Source: Tubulanus polymorphus
Taxonomy: Eukaryota > Animalia > Nemertea
Direction of reading: 5' to 3'
Length of the DNA stretch: 64,000 nucleotides
Assembly: GCF_964204645.1 (NCBI RefSeq)
Contig: NC_134029.1
Coordinates: 6,324,001-6,388,000 of the forward strand
This document shows positions 60,800-64,000 of the stretch, in pieces. Below the pieces are notes generated by a model. The model was not told where the DNA came from. It saw nothing but the letters and a program-made list of their open reading frames with translations, and did not search any database. The translations under genes were made by a program, and so were the position numbers. Every line of letters begins with the position of its first letter. The first letter of the stretch is position 1.

Positions 60800-61620
60800 G
60801 TATACTATGATTGCACTCTTATATTAATTGTAAGGGGCATGATATACTATTTTCTATTTGTACAACTTGGCGTCTATTTTGAAGATAATTTCTAAACCAA
60901 AGTAGGGACAATCCCTTGAAGTTTTTCTAGTAGGAATTGATGGTTTGTAATGCTTTAGAGAGATCTTCAAATACAATTGAAATCTTTGTATAATCAACGT
61001 TATAAGATATTTTGTCGATCAATTTGATCAAAGTAATTGCAAGAGAATGGTTTTTCCGGAAACCGAATTGACTTGAAGAAATTATGTGGAACTTTTTCCT
61101 AAAAATTACTAGTTTCCTTAGGTAGAATAGAGATCAGGCGGTAGTTATTGAATAATTCTGTATTTCCACTTTTAAAAAGTGGTCGAACTCGAGCAGTTTT
61201 AAGGTCATCGGAAAGGATTTCGCTCGAAAGGCTTAAATCAATGATATGAGAAAGTATATAACAACTTTCACCACTTTCAATTACTTATTTCATCAATTCC
61301 GATCCCTTTATCTATATCAAATTGATTAACAATGTCAAAAGTGTAGTGGAAAAGAAATTCAAATTTTCATTTGGGGGGGATGAATTAGAAAGTCATGAAA
61401 ACCAAACCTGGGCCTGAATTCTTTTGCCAGATTTTCCCTGGCATTAGCAAAACATTTATTGAACTCGTTGACAATGTGACCGCAAATTCTAAAGGTATCG
61501 GATAATTTATTCTTATTTCTAGATTTACGTAATCTATGATAGCCCAGGTTTTTCAAAAGAATTATTGGAGGCAGCTAGTAGTTTTTTTTAGAGTATATTT
61601 ATCTTTCTCTGAGCGCGCTC
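60800..61620 (-). mobile_element. Degenerate CR1/L2-type LINE reverse transcriptase fragment
   Basis: Across frameshifts the minus strand reads IVNEFNKCFAN, LSHIIDLSLSSEILSDDLKTARVRPLFKK, NNYRLISILP, SSQFGFRKNHS and EDLSKAL, which are RT domains 0-3 of LINE ORF2. Confidence 0.85.
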
Positions 61621-63002
61621 ATGATTAGATGAGGGGAAAAATATACTACACTTTCCAGTAGAACATAGAAAGAAACAATGCCACTATTCATTTCTAACTA
61701 GACATGGGGGAAACATTGTTCAATTTTCCTCGTGATTTCCTTCCCTTTTGCTGTAAATCACGATTGCGCTTTGGCGCTCTGTGCTTTTTCTTACCTCATA
61801 CAAAATTGCGAGTGAACTGAATTAAAGAATGCTAATTTCAGAATCCCTATCAATGCGCTCACCCGCACAAACGACGCTCGGATTTAGTTTCCAGACTTTG
61901 ATCAAACGCTCGACGAGCGACTTGAGGAATTACCCTGGGGAGTTAAAGCATCAGATCGTTAGATTTGAATATTTTCTCGGCCAATCTCCGCCCGCAGTCT
62001 GTCATCTGTCTTAACCGTCGGAATTCCAGGTGATTCTGTAATTCTTGTGAATTCTTCACGGGTATAACGAATAAAGATTAATACTTTTTGTTCTCATAAA
62101 AATCGGTTTTGTCACGGCCTGTTAGACCTGTTTGCTGTTAAATCGTAAAGTACTATATAGGCATACTACTATAAGAAATCATGTATTCGGATGTAGAAAA
62201 GTATATTAGCACCAAATCCGCATGGCTTATATTGTGAAAAGTCGATATTTCTGACAACTTCAATATTTCTTTCCTGATCTTCTTTTATCACTTCGACATT
62301 GATCGCTTTTAGCCGATCGACTCATCGTCGGTACGCACAGTTAGAAGATGGGTTCTTTCCACGTTTTGTTGGCTTCATCCATCTTTGAACAATTGGACGA
62401 GAGAGATATCGAGATGGTGATACGGAGGGGAGAGCATGCTAATCAATGCCACGTCCGAGGCCTTATCAATAACCAACGTAGCGCGAAATCGCGATGCTAT
62501 ATCGACTGTCAATATTGGCAGACGATACAAACGATCGCTTATCATAAAACCGGTGTAATTAAAACGTGCTCACCTTCTCCCTCGTGTCAACGTCTGTACA
62601 CGATGATACGACCCGACGCTAACGACAAAATCGTTCATGTTAATCGACAACGTGCAGCCAAAGACGCTGTGCTGCTTTTGGGTATTTCAGTGCGCTCAAC
62701 CCGACTTTTTGCTGAAACTTCCCGGACAGTGTGCCTCCCTTTTGTTCTAACATTTGTTCGTTTCTTTTTACATAAGATCTGCAAATTTTTTTAAGGCCCG
62801 TATGTTTGCATGCGCGCGCACTTATACGCGTAATACGTCTAATGAAGGATTTTCAAGTTTCGAACATGGCCCGAGGTCTATGGATAACGACATACCCGAC
62901 TTCCAACGTATTAAGCTTTAAGAAGATTGCTAGATTTATCAATGTATATCACCGTACGTGAATATGTCGCAATTAGACCGCATTTTCAGCAGCATTAAGT
63001 GA

Positions 63003-63141
<139 letters not shown>

Positions 63142-64000
63142 CGGATTACTTTCGCTTGCAGGTATCCATACCAGGGTGTGGTGTGTGAACATATCATTGA
63201 ACGACGCGCGTCTATAGAGAAAAACATGGTATATCTTAAAGCTTGGTAAATCTTAAAAACTAACTGTTATATATCGTAACAAAACAAAAAAATGTTTTGG
63301 TTATGTTGATAATTGTATAAAAGGTCAGCGATACCAAATATTATATAGTGAGTAATTCTCTATTTTGAGGACATTTTGCCGAAAGCTAGCCTATATTTCA
63401 TTGGTCGGATTATTGGTTTTCATGATTGATGCAGTTCCGCCGAGCCTGCTGCAACAGTCCGAGCAACCTAACTGAATCATGACCAAACGTTTGTCATGTA
63501 TTCTAAAAAATCATGGATTTTAAATTCGTATAAAATGATATATAGAAATCTGTTTCATATTAAAGTTAATATTAAACAAGTGTTTAAAGTTAACAATGAA
63601 TACAGGAGGAGATACATAACGGATACAAGCGTCAATTAATCATAGATTTGATCTGAAGTATGTTGGAGTATCTCTTCATTAATACTCAGTGGCGTTCCAT
63701 CGTGCCGCACATCCGTCAAATTGAACATTTCTTCCGTATACTTTGTTGTTCAACACGCGCATTTACATGACTAAAACGAAATTCGATTCGACGAACATTT
63801 TTTTTGATCGATTTGAGCGAGTCTTTAGAAGGAGAATGTGATGGCGGTGGCGCCGGTGGTGGTCGTATTATTCGCTCTATTGTCGGATTCCGATCCATCG
63901 TGCTGAAGGTAACAACAACAACAACTACGATTTATTGGTAATTCTCAGTGTTGTGGCCTCAGATACGGTTCTGTCTAAACGGCGCGATCGCACTCGGCTG

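Noticed and set aside
62348-62794. 148-aa ORF as a possible third sGC exon
   Set aside because: No H-NOX motifs (such as Y.D..T..L or YxSxR) and no recognisable domain.

Overview
AT-rich animal (invertebrate) nuclear DNA with short GT-AG introns; the paramyosin N-terminus looks lophotrochozoan (inference). Genes were assembled by hand from splice sites. They are acylglycerol kinase AGK (+, 13 coding exons), a GT31 beta-1,3-galactosyltransferase-like gene (-), a small secreted protein with a divergent Kunitz domain and a very basic Lys/Gly tail (+), presequence protease PITRM1 (+), paramyosin (-), and the first exons of an H-NOX soluble guanylate cyclase beta-like gene (+, no further exon found in the window). 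A very recent BEL/Pao LTR retrotransposon (identical 212-bp LTRs, CATCA TSD, tRNA-His PBS) sits at 22374-28562 and appears to carry an in-frame protease deletion. The first 11 kb holds decayed sequence: an exon-intron tandem array, an ARM-repeat pseudogene, LINE fragments and minisatellites. Many MITEs are present, including nested ones and 20-42 bp palindromic P-like elements. No CRISPR array, rRNA or tRNA gene was found. All family assignments come from motif recognition, not database searches.
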